This document shows, piece after piece, positions 12,170 through 23,266 of a DNA stretch of 40,204 bases. This stretch comes from Sphaeroforma arctica JP610 (lineage: Eukaryota), in NCBI RefSeq assembly GCF_001186125.1, contig NW_014040089.1, positions 29,919-70,122 of the forward strand, given 5' to 3'. The position numbers and the translations under genes are program-made. The notes below the pieces were generated by a model. The model saw only the letters and a program-made list of their open reading frames with translations, had not been told where the DNA came from and made no database searches. Position 1 is the first letter of the stretch; every line of letters starts with the position of its first letter.

Positions 12170-12498
12170 CTTGAAAGCTCACAAAAGTGACGGATATGTA
12201 TGCACAAAGTAACCTCATACTACCGTATTAGCATGTTTTGTGTGTTAGTGTGTTTCTTTGAACAAAGACATAATTTTTTCATAACACAAGGTGATTTTAC
12301 CCAATGAACCATAATTTTTTTTTAAATATTATATTTTAATTGGTTGAATATTTTTAGATTTTCATGAAAAATCGACTAATCATAATACAAGCAACTTGGG
12401 CATGTATCCAAATGTACCAAGCAAAAGAGTCAGCCGGCCTGTCCAACGGACGTTAGTCCGTTCAGCCATATTTTCTTTCTTCTCTCTCCAGAGGGTCA

Positions 12499-13131
12499 TG
12501 TATTGAGATGATGGTTTTTCTATAATGATATGTGTTACATCGTACTATTGGAATATAATAGTTGGGAGTGTCTCGGGTGAAATTGACACTTGACGACACA
12601 TGTTACATTACCGAATACTTTCAGCGCGAGATAGCCCACTGAAAAATGGGGTATGAAAAAAAAAATCCCCTCTAGCCAGCCGACTAGATGTGCCCTTCTA
12701 TGCCTTCAATGGGATGGAGAGCTAGGTACCATGTGATGGGGTATAGGTGCAGACATTTAACTATACCAACATGGTGTTTTCGATTTCTTTTAATTTTCTT
12801 AAGTTGGACATAAGAGTTATTTTATTAGTAATTTCGATTGGAAGATTGTTTCGAAGCATGAAATGACATGGAATGAAATATCATGCAACCAATGAAATGA
12901 AATCTGATCTTAGTTACTGACATCAATAAATCTAGACCGAAGTATTGAGTGATTAGAGCGGAACTATAAAGACAACAGTCTTAGTCTTAAATCCCCTAAT
13001 CTTTTAGCTCAATACCAAGGGCTGAAGCTAAACTTAAAAAATTACATTGTGCAAATTTACCTCTAAATCGTGCTTTCTTTTACGTTAACTTATTGTCATC
13101 GATAGTCAGCCTGGTTATTCTGACTTTTACA
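12499..13131 (+). repeat. 5' LTR of Gypsy-1
   Basis: Termini TGTA...TACA; TATAAA at 12965; aligns over its length with 20863-21488 (about 90% by eye). Confidence 0.9.
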
Positions 13132-13135
13132 TATA

Positions 13136-13146
13136 TTTTAAGTTTA
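13136..13146 (+). promoter_or_regulatory. Putative self-priming primer-binding site (no tRNA PBS)
   Basis: TTTTAAGTTTA, 4 nt after the LTR end, is the exact reverse complement of TAAACTTAAAA at 13029-13039 in the LTR. There is no TGG-initiated PBS. Confidence 0.6.
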
Positions 13147-13162
13147 TACCGCAATCGGGACA

Positions 13163-15041
13163 ATGACGAAGCGTAAAGGAAAAGCGAAGGCATCTAAGAG
13201 CCAGCCGACGGTCACGCCTCTTGAACACTTATGGACGCCTGATCCACAAGCGGATGACAATGTGGCAATTATGATGGCACACGCCCTACCCAAAGATGTC
13301 TTTGACGATGTGACGATGGGTAAACCACTCAAGTCTAAGAAGTCAAAGAAAATTAAGGAGAAGAAGGGCGAAAAGGTCCCAAGATGGATTCGTCGGAAGA
13401 CCCGCCAAAGCAACCGGAACAGCCGGAATCAAAACCGGAGAGCCCAACGCCACAAGGTCAAGAGGCTCCGCATTCCAGGAATACATGGATCGGAAGAAAA
13501 CCGGCAAAGAAAATTCACGGTGGGAGAGAAGTCGAAGTTCTTGCGGTGCATGAACCAAAGATTACATGCGCGACTTACAGAAGTTGGCATCCGCATTCCA
13601 AGTATACAAGGATCGGAAGAAAACCGGCAAAAAAAATCAAGGTGGAAGAGAAGTCGAAGAGTTCTTGCGATGACGAGAGTCGAACATCGCCGGAATTTGA
13701 AGAACCAGACTCGTCGGGATCAGACTATCAACCGCCGACTGGCAAGCGTACGAAGTCATTGACGATGACGACGTTGATGACTACGCGCAAGAAGGACAGA
13801 AGGATGACGGTGACTATGAAGATGATCAGTGATTGCTTGGAATGAGGGAGACGGACACACCAGTCGATGAGATATCGAAGAGTGACAAGAAGATTGCTGA
13901 TTTCACGGCTCGGATGCTGAACGCAGAAGAAGAGGCGATGCTAGCGATGGATCAAGAGACGATAGAGCAAGCCAGCTTAAGAATGACAATGGCGAGGCAT
14001 TTCCAATCCAAGATCGAGACGGTGGGCAGTAAGAAAATTGTCAAGGATATAGGTAAGTTACCCACTACCTATCGTCCAGATCGAAAAGACCGTAAGGACC
14101 CTATCGATATGAGTAACTTAGCGTTATTGTCGAGATCTTTGAAGGAATTTTGTCAAATCATGCTAATTGCATATTTACATAAGAACCTATGCTTCGAGGC
14201 TGCGCAACAGAGTTTCAAGCCGTCATCTTATAAGTATAATAAGTTGGAGAAGGCAAAGGCTGCTGTAACTGAAACAAAGCTGAAAACGTGGAAGGAGCAG
14301 AGCGAGATGATTGTCAATCTGTTCTCAACAGACCCCAGGCCGGAATTGCTGGTATCCATTATGGTACCACCGGACGAAGGAACACCAGTGTCACATTACC
14401 TTTTGGAATTGGACACCCATATATCACGTGCTCAGACACAAAAAATGTCAGTAGACAAGCTGAGCATGTGCGTGTTGTGGGTGCAAACGATCTTTTGGTC
14501 GTCTCTTCATCGAAAAGATCAAAAGGTGCTGTACACCGACATGCATCAATCGTATCCAGACAAGGTACGTGAGATTTCAATTGAAAGACCAACATATGGT
14601 ATTATGAAACTCGCAGACCAGACGTTTTCAAAACGGCCATGTTCTGTGGTGAAGTTCATACCGCCTAGTAAGAAGGCGGTGCCCAACCCGAATGGAGGGC
14701 TGAGTAGTGGTCGAGACTCACATGCGGGGACGGGAAACCAGAAAGGGAACAAGGGTGGAGACAGAATTGGCCAGAAGAATAGGCACGGGCAAGGTGCTGA
14801 TGGTCAAAATAACAATGTCAACACCAAGGGGACCTTAGGAAACAAATCCAATCAGGCAGCCGAGCCTCCTAAACCAAAGTATAAAGAGGTCAAGGAGTGT
14901 GTTGAGACGGATTCCGGTTGGCGCATGACCCAACATGAGCCGAATGGACGCTGTAATGGCAGGCACGCAGAGAAATGTAAACATTATATTGCGAAGTGTG
15001 CAGAATGCGCTTGGACTGGAGGTTACCACAAACACATGTGA
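13163..15041 (+). pseudogene. gag-like ORF of Gypsy-1 (frameshifted N-terminus; intact 402-aa segment 13833-15041)
   Basis: Lies between the PBS and the protease; Lys/acidic N-terminus; C-terminal Cys/His cluster CNGRHAEKCKHYIAKCAECAWTGGYH. Confidence 0.75.
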
Positions 15042-15086
15042 AGGGTGCAACCGAAGGTAGAAGTTAAGTGACAATCTTACCGGATC

Positions 15087-15574
15087 TTGGCACTGAAACA
15101 AAAGAATGCACTGCAAGATAAGCGCGTCATTCCAGATGTACAAGCTAATGGGCATGAAATAAAAGCGTTGTTGGATCCGGGCTCGCAAATCTCATGTATA
15201 TCATCGAGATTCTGTAAGATAACTGATGTATCTCAGCTGAGGAAAGGGAGATTACATGTCGTGACATGGCCATAGATTTGAGGTTTACCCTCGCTGATCA
15301 ACGGACAACAGTTACAAAGGCAGTCGTCTGTAACATTTTGCCAGACTATGATATAACAGTGGGGATGGGAGATTTGTTATCGTTAGGTATAACGATTACC
15401 GGTTTACCGACGAACACAGACCCACAGAAGGATCAGTCAGATGATAGTCTGCTGAAGCCTGTATACAAGCCTTCAAAGACTGTGAAAAAGATGACACCTC
15501 AATTCACGGAGAAACTCAAGGATCTTATCTTCGAGAATAACAAGATTAAGATCACCGACTGGGCGCAGTTCTAA
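15087..15574 (+). pseudogene. Retropepsin aspartic protease of Gypsy-1 (frameshifted)
   Basis: VQANGHEIKALLDPGSQISCIS ... YDITVGMGDLLSLGITITG. Confidence 0.85.
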
Positions 15575-15589
15575 TTTCACAATGGATAC

Positions 15590-16500
15590 GTGAGCTTAGA
15601 CTTGACAAAAGTTGACTTTTCAAAGTTGAAATGTCCAACGCGAAACTACGTAGCGTGGCGCCACGAACAGGTAGTTCGAGAACAAGTGAAGGCATGGTTG
15701 GAAGACGGGGTAATTGCAGTCAACTATGAACCGACTCCAGTCAACCTTGCACTCTTGGCTGTAGACCAGTTTAACTCAGATGGCACGTAAAAGCAGATTC
15801 GTGTGTTTGATATGAGTCCTATAAATGCTCTTATACCTACACACAATTTTCACCTACCGAGAATTAATGAATTGTTGAGAAGAATGGAAGGAGCGAAGAT
15901 ATTTTTTACCATCGATTTGAAGCAAGGCTACCACCAAATGAAGTTATACAAACCACATAGGAAGTATTTCACCTTCACATGGGATGGACAGCAGTATTCA
16001 TTCAAGGGAGCACCATGTGGTTTACATATGTTGCCAACCTTCTTTCATCAGATCATGCAGGACCTGTTTAGGAACATGGATAATGTACCGATATATATCG
16101 ATGACATTGTGGTGTTAACCAAGACCAAAGAGGAGCATGACAGAGTAGTGCAAGAAGTATTGGCAAGGCTAAACAAACACAAGTTCAAGATCAACAGCAA
16201 GAAATGTCAGTTTGGTGTAAACGAGATACAGCTGTTGGGTTACCGAGTTTCCGGGGAGGGTATTATGATCGACCCCGGAAAGGTCGAACACTTTCTGGAT
16301 TGGAGAACCCCCACTACAGGCAAGGACGTTAATAGCATGTGCGGATTCGTCAACTTCCTGTCAGATGGAGTTCCACACCTGGCAAGCTACCTTAAGCCTT
16401 TCGAACACTTACGATGTCAAAAGGGTAAATTGGGACCGTTATAGACCAAAGAATGTGATGATGCCTTTAAGCAGCTCAAAACAGTAGTTCAGCAAGTTCC
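15590..16500 (+). pseudogene. Reverse transcriptase of Gypsy-1
   Basis: LPRINELL, FFTIDLKQGYHQ, FTFTWDGQQYSFKGAPCGL, YIDD (16094-16105), KKCQF..IQLLGY; internal stops. Confidence 0.95.
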
Positions 16501-16529
16501 AGTAGTCCAGCCGCCGAAAGAAGGAATAC

Positions 16530-17490
16530 CATTCATGATGGCTACAGACGCATCCGACATGGCGTTAGGAAGCGTTCTGTATCAAAAGATTGACAGGAAA
16601 CCGAGATACGTGCAGTTCTTTAGCAGGGCTATGAACTCGTCAAATATCAACTACCCGACGGTGCAACAGGAGCTATTTGTAAACTTAGATGGATATTTCT
16701 ATGTTTAAATTATGATATATAAACTAAGATACAATTTAAGTCAGTTAGGATTTAGCAGTGGTAGCTTGTGTAAGAATGATCGGGACTGCCTCTTGGTAAG
16801 AGCCTTAATATCTTCGATCACACAGGACGTATCTATAGCTGTTCTTTATTGAATAGTTTTCACTAGAAGTACTAAGTGTTCATGACCGCATGTCCAATTC
16901 GTAGATAGACATAAGAACGTAAGTCAAGTTAATACATTAGTTAATATAATAAAGTTCCATCTGAAGAAAAGTATAAAAAAGAAAAAGACTTATTGGATTT
17001 TGGAGATTGGCGGGAAGACCAAAACCTATAAGTAGTAGTTCAGAGGTTATAAAATTTAGTTTATAATATCCTACATCTACTATCGTCTCAAATAGGTCCA
17101 AGCAAATGAGTCATGCCAAATACTCAGGCTATTGGAGCCATCAAAGTGAATTTAGAACACTTTGGAAATATTGGAAAAAAACTTGTATTAAATTATTTTA
17201 AATACAAATAAAAACCAATGTGTTATCTCATTTGATCTTGATATTTAGACTGACCGGAGGCCGTATTTCTACATATTGGCTATTGTGACTGCACTCACTC
17301 ATTTTAAGGACTATCTCTACGGTACACCTTTCAATGTACTGTGCGATCAGAAATTGTTGTAGCATCTAAAGGACATGAAACCCAACTCACAATTAGTCAG
17401 TCGATGGCACGACACGATCGCGAAATTTTCATTTAGCATAACACATATATCAGGGATATATAATCACTTACCGGATATGCTGTCACGCTT
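16530..17490 (+). pseudogene. RNase H of Gypsy-1, split by a solo LTR
   Basis: ATDASDMALGSVLYQ...NYPTVQQEL|insertion|LAIVTALTHFKDYLYG..F.VLCD...HISGIYNHLPDMLSR. Confidence 0.9.
16678..17273. mobile_element. Solo LTR (596 bp) with 4-bp TSD TATT
   Basis: TATT|TGTA...TACA|TATT. Removing it and one TATT restores RNase H codons CAG GAG CTA TTG GCT ATT (QELLAI). Confidence 0.88.
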
Positions 17491-18401
17491 TGTACCGGAC
17501 TTCAACAAGATGGTCCGAGAACTACTAGCTACGGATTGGATGGCCAATCTGAGGTGGTTTAATATTGCAGACAACATAAATGGTCCACATATGTTTGCAG
17601 CACATCGTAATGCGCAACTGCCGCGATACCGAACTCTGGAACATCCAGACGGTGATGGGTTTCAAATCGACTTATCAGATGAGAACGCATGGGCGAATCC
17701 ACCGCGGTTGTTGATACCACAATTGTTAAATTATGTTGTCCCATAAGACATTCAGATAAATGGCTCCCGCAGTTGATATCAATGATACAATATGGGCCCA
17801 TATATATGTGGATAGAGAGGTAGATACTTTCCTCTACCCGGGTACCCGTGCAGTCCAGATGACTCCATTGCGACATAGGTTCAGTTGGAACATCCAAATG
17901 GACACTGTCCGAGACCTTCAAACATGAGGTTGAAGAATCCAAGATCCAACTCTTGACACCTAAGTCTCAATGAGAGGCTGGGACGACACATGCACCTGCA
18001 GTATGCGTCACCGAGATACCATTTGATCCTACAGAAACAAAGAGGAACTCATCACTAGCGAAAGCAATCTAGAAGATACGGTCTGATAGAGCAACTGCAT
18101 ACGAAACCGAGACAAGGTTACTCAAGCAGTTGATGAACGATATTCCAGATGTATACGACCATGCAACTAAACTAATGGACAAGGAGAACATTAGTAGAAT
18201 TCACACGTTCGATCTTTCAGGCGAGATTGGACCAGACGAGTCTTCAAGTCCAAGTGATGTAGTGGTGGAATCTTCACCTCCAAACTTTGATACAACAAGT
18301 TCATCGGCGGACGACACTCTGACGTGGTTAAGGCAAAATCATACTCTAAAATACATGGATAAGGTTAGGACTGAGAAAGATTGTAAGAGGTACGGGGTTA
18401 T

Positions 18402-18795
18402 TGTTAGAGTGCAATGTAGTAGACTTCAAATAAAGTGCAAAGTGTATGTATTTATTTCTGACCTCACCTTTCGTTTTATACCTTAAGGTGTTTGTGCGGA
18501 ACACTTTAACACTTCGATGCTTTTCTATTCCAACTTATCTGCAACTAAATCTCACGCTGATCACATGATGCCTTCCGCATAGGTTGTGACTCACATAGAA
18601 CCGCAGCTATTATTAGAATGTTGCGGTTGACAGGCTTGATCCACTCTCGGGAATCGGTTGAGAAACTTAATCTGCTCTCGGAAGTTGGATAAGTATTAAC
18701 TCAAATCTTGAGAGTAATTTAAGCAAATTGATTAGCTCGCGGGAGTGAGCTAACTCTGATGACTTCCATAAATCAAAGAGGGTTTCTTGCTGTAA
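18402..18795 (+). mobile_element. LTR-like repeat inserted in the integrase zinc-finger region
   Basis: Starts TGTTAGAGTGCAATGTAGTAGACTTCAAATAAAGTGCAAA, nearly identical to the start at 28020. It interrupts pol between CKRYGV and the integrase core. 3' end uncertain. Confidence 0.6.
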
Positions 18796-18809
18796 AATTC
18801 GGTCTGAGA

Positions 18810-19603
18810 CCTGTAGTCTCTCAATTGATTTGGTTGAGATACCGACGTCCGAACACACGAAAGATAAGTATGTCTGCCACGTTTTTGATGTTGCTTCAAG
18901 ATCTAACGTACTATATCCTCTGAAAGACAAATCAACACAAACTGGGCTGAGTGCATATATAAGTGTTTCGCAGATTTCGGCTGGCCAGCTATTGTATGTA
19001 CCGACAACGGTAGTTACAGGCGATGTCATGACGACACTGTTACTCGTTGAGGGATCATGCCACAAGATGGGTGTACCTTATAAGCCTCAGACACAAGGTG
19101 TGAATGAGTTACGACACAGAAAGATGAAGGAGTTCATACGTGGAGCGTTGCTAGACGATGCTGACATGTGGCTATACTCAACTAACTGGGTATAGACACA
19201 AATGAACGAGACACCGGATTCAGTCACTAGTACAACACCCGCTCACTATTTCAGGGGCCGTAATAGTGAATTACAAGTACCTTTCAACAAGGATTCTCAG
19301 GATGATCACGTGTTGCCATGGTTAGAGAAGATGCGTCGTACCAGAGACGTTGTTTTTCCTTGCTTGAGAGAGATGAAGGACATCGCACTCAAGAAGAGAC
19401 AGAAGCGATGGAATGATTCAAAGAAGATAGTCAAGTTTGAGGTGGGCGACATAGTCAACATCATGGCTCACAACTCCGATACAACTGTGCTTACGGCTAA
19501 ATACATTGGATCATTCATAATTTCAGTGGCCGATAAAAAGAGCGGAACTTACGAAGTTAACTATGTTGCCGGTTCAAGTGCTCTTAATGTCGGATCAGAT
19601 TAA
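18810..19603 (+). pseudogene. Integrase core and C-terminal region of Gypsy-1
   Basis: LSIDLVEIP..KYVCHVFDVASR...PLKDK; GVPYKPQTQGVNE; NETPDSVTSTTPAHYFRGR; FEVGDIV...AKYIGSF. Confidence 0.88.
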
Positions 19604-19657
19604 ATTCCGACGACAGAAATGATCCTTCGTCGCACTCGTGAAGCTACTACACCTCTT

Positions 19658-19795
19658 ATGTCTTACCAGTTTAGGAAAGTTCTGGGGAAGTACAAGCATG
19701 GAGGTATGACTTACTATACGACAGAGTTCGCAGATGGCGCACAATACGATCTACCTCCATCGGCATTCGACGACCCAAACGTATTAAAGGCGTTT
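19658..19795 (+). other. Chromodomain-like module at the integrase C-terminus
   Basis: YQFRKVLGKYKHGGMTYYTTEFADG..YDLPPSAFDDPNVLKAF follows the chromodomain pattern Y.V..IL.H......Y.V.W......W.P...FDD...I..Y. Confidence 0.6.
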
Positions 19796-20862
19796 AATAA
19801 GAAGTTTCGCAAGCGCCTGCATAAGAACAAAAATGATACAGAGGCTATTTTACCGACAAACAAACGTCCTGACGTAGCTAAGGTTTATCACCGAAAGCGT
19901 AGCTGTAGAGTCCCTATTTCTTTTATTGAACTTGAAATCTGTCCGGAGCGCTTTCCCCCCACTTATAGGCCCCTAAGAGGCCCCCGAGGGATCCTTAATG
20001 GAATTTATATATATATATAAAAATAGAGCATACTTTTCTGAAAAGAAATGCTGTTTTATATAAAAAGGCGGGGGGGGCTTTCCCCCTCCCTCCCCGTGAG
20101 TATGTTTATGTGTGAGCGTGTGTAACTGAGCAACAGTGCGTACATATTTGTGTGTGTGTGTTGACTGTTGAGTGAAAGTGAGGGAGAAAAGGAGGGGAGG
20201 CGGGGGGGGGGGCGATGGTTTCCTCAAGAAATCTCATCCTCAGCTCACAAATTAAATACCCTCTTTGAAAAAACGCTTTCAGTCCCTGCGGCGCCCCAGC
20301 AGTGTTTTATCCGCAGACATCATTCATTCCAAGTTTCAAGGACCATGTGATGTACGTACCCCCTAAAGGCACTAAGAAACGTCCCATCCACCATCGGGGA
20401 CCTCAAGGACCTAAACCTAAACGTAATAGAGTAACCGAGTAACTTATAAAGTCCAAGTAAACTTTGTCTAAGAGAATATAATATAAGCATTGAGGCCAGT
20501 ATATGATCGAAACCCGTTTCCTCGTTTTGCTTGTACAATTCATGTGAGCTTTTTTGAGTCTATGTGCTTCAAATCACATATAAGCCAACATTGGAATTTT
20601 CAAGCTGAGGGCTGTGTAAAATCAGCGGGTTCCTATAGTAGAAGCACATGTTAAACGTATAATTTAAACGTATTGCCGTTTAAACGTAATACGGTTATAA
20701 AACCTGGTATACGTAAAACGCAATTTTAGATATTTGTAACTGTGAAATTATCAAATAAACTAATAAATATAGATATATTGAAAATGCAGAGAACAAACAA
20801 ACAAATAATCTATTTTAGGATGTTTGGAAATATAATTGTATACAACAGAGTTCAGAGACTGT

Positions 20863-21488
20863 TGATATTAAGATGATGGTTTTTCTATAATGATATGTTT
20901 TTCATCGTAATATTTGAACATAATAGTTGGGAGAGTCTCAGGTGAAATTGACACTTGATGACGCATGTTATATTACCGAATACTTTCACCGCGAGATAGC
21001 CCACTGAGAAATGGGGCATAAAAATCCCCCCCCCCCTAGCCAGCAGACTAAATGTGCCCGACTATGCCTTCAATGTGATGGAGAGCTAGGTACCATGTGA
21101 TGGGGTATAGGTGCAGACATTCAACTGTACCAACATGGTGTTTTTGATTTCTTTTTGTATTTTTAAGTTGGACTTAGAGTTAATTTATTAGTACTTGCGA
21201 TCGGAAGATTGTTTCGAAGCACGAAATGATATGGAATGAATGTAATGCATCCAATGGAATGAAATCTGATCTTAGTTACTGACACCAAATAAATCTAGAC
21301 CGAAGTATTGAGTGATTAGAGCGGAACTATATAGACAATAGTCTCAGTCTTAAATACCCTAATCTTTTAGTATTACCAAGGGCTGAAGCTAAACTTAAAA
21401 TTACATTGTGCAAATTTACTTCTAAATCGTACTTCTTTTACGTTGACTTATTGACATCGATAGTCAGCCTGGTTAGTCTGACTTTACA
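20863..21488 (+). repeat. 3' LTR of Gypsy-1
   Basis: Aligns with 12499-13131 and ends ...gactttaca; exact start (20860 or 20863) uncertain. Confidence 0.88.
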
Positions 21489-22399
21489 AATGCCACGTTA
21501 TGTAGTGCACTCCTGAATATATTAGGGACGAGCCTTATGTCACCTCCATCACGCGTTGCGCCTACACATAGTAGTATTAGATCGACACCCCATACAACCC
21601 CTGGGCTGAATCTGTCAACTCTGGATACCATGCACCACTCACGGCTGAATAGATTAATGCAGAGTGCTATGCACCACTCATAGGTTATACATTTCAAATC
21701 TGGGCGCCATAAACCACCTACGGTTCACTTTATCAGTTCTGGGTACTATGCAACACGGAGGAAATCACATAGGATTCAGATGTCCTCCAATCTGCAGTAT
21801 CCTCGGTAGTTATAATACACTACCTGAGCCTAGCCTTGCACTTGAACACGAACCAAATATAGCACCACAAATGCAATTGACTATGCCACAGCAACGTTTT
21901 TGATATATAAGGTAAACATAGTATCACATTTCTGGAATAATTACAGTTTTAATTATTGTTCATGAAATATTCAGTGGCTTGTTGTATACCCAGAGATACA
22001 CTACGTAGAATTTAACGAAACTATGATAAATACTTATTACATGCACATAATGAAATAATAGACCAAATACATATATGGCCAAAACAAACTCAAGGTCACA
22101 CCAGCATGCGCAATGTACGTACAGGCGTTCTCCGGGAAGGTATCACAGACATTGTAAATAGATCATGAATGCTGCCACGATGGAACACGTCAGTGTAGAC
22201 GATTGATAGACAAACATATTTACTATCACGGAGAGGGATAGAGGAAATTTAACATACCAGTCGACGAAGGATTTCTACGCAGAACCTAACTAGATCTCTA
22301 ACTAGATATCTAACTAGTTGTGACTGTAAGAGGATACAACACGAACCAAACGAGAGATGGAACGGTCGGTACAATCTAACTGGTGGATGTTGATGTATC

Positions 22400-23185
22400 T
22401 TTGTTTGATGGCCATCTTGCCACTTACACTGTTCCATATACCTTATCTTGTTGCAGAATTAGAGTCTCGACCAAAAACTGATTCTTCATTCGCATTGACA
22501 GTGGCCTTCCTATTCGTTTGGACAACTTATACCGCAAAAACTCGAACGAAGGTCTGTCTGCTCTTAAGTACAACTCCGCCCCAAGTTAGGTCGGAGAGAT
22601 TTATTTTCCATTAGCGGGTCTTTTAACTGAAATCTCACACACCTTATCAAGATATGATTAATGCATGTCTGCGTACAGCACCTCGTAATCTTTCCTCTGA
22701 AAGTCCAAGCAAAAGACTGTCTGCACCCATAGCACACACATCCTCAAACTCTCTAGGGACATACCACATATCGGTTGAGCTCGCGTCACTTGTGTGTCCA
22801 ACGGCAATATGTAGCGTGACACTGGTGTTCCTTCTCCCGGTTAGACCATAAACGATACCAGTATTTCCGGTCGAGGGTCCATTGAGAAGAGTCAGACGAT
22901 TATCTCGTTCTGCTCTTTCCACGTCTTTAGTCGCTTCGCAGTAGATTTCGCCTTCTTCAGTTTCTTATATATGTAATATTTGTAAGTGAATAGTTTGAAA
23001 CTCTGCTGTACCACCTCGTACCGCCTCGTACCGAGATTGTTGCAGAAGTTTGCTGTTAGTATGGTCTGACCGGACTTCTTCGGAGCTCTTGCCTATCTTT
23101 TCGATGTGGTCGGTACGTTGTTGGCAATACATCTATGTCATTGACGAGCTTCTTGCTCTCCACAGTCTTCTCGATTTGGACTACA
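22400..23185 (-). pseudogene. Inverted gag relic of a family related to Gypsy-1
   Basis: VESKKLVNDIDVLPTTYRPHRKDR matches Gypsy-1 gag VGSKKIVKDIGKLPTTYRPDRKDR. ORF 22647-22922 resembles the alternative-frame ORF 14288-14572. Shared ggtcgagactc. Confidence 0.85.
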
Positions 23186-23266
23186 TAAAGTTCAGAATCT
23201 ATCTTGGATCGGTAATGTCTGGCCATATATGAATACAGATTAGCCTCGTCATGCTTATCTGCATAC

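Larger units (their letters stand above)
12499..21488 (+). mobile_element. Ty3/Gypsy LTR retrotransposon (chromovirus-like), decayed, with nested insertions
   Basis: Direct ~630-bp LTRs at both ends. Domain order gag-PR-RT-RH-IN-chromodomain is the Gypsy order. Multiple stops and frameshifts. Confidence 0.92.

Noticed and set aside
12445..12500. P-element terminal inverted repeat (CATGACCCTCTG on - strand) and hairpin AACGGAC-GTTA-GTCCGTT
   Set aside because: No matching partner end found (only ccctctg near 9357). A 7-bp stem alone is not diagnostic.
12499..21488. RIP or strong CpG-deamination signature between the LTRs
   Set aside because: Only a handful of the differences are CpG transitions, many CpGs are intact in both copies, and transversions are common.
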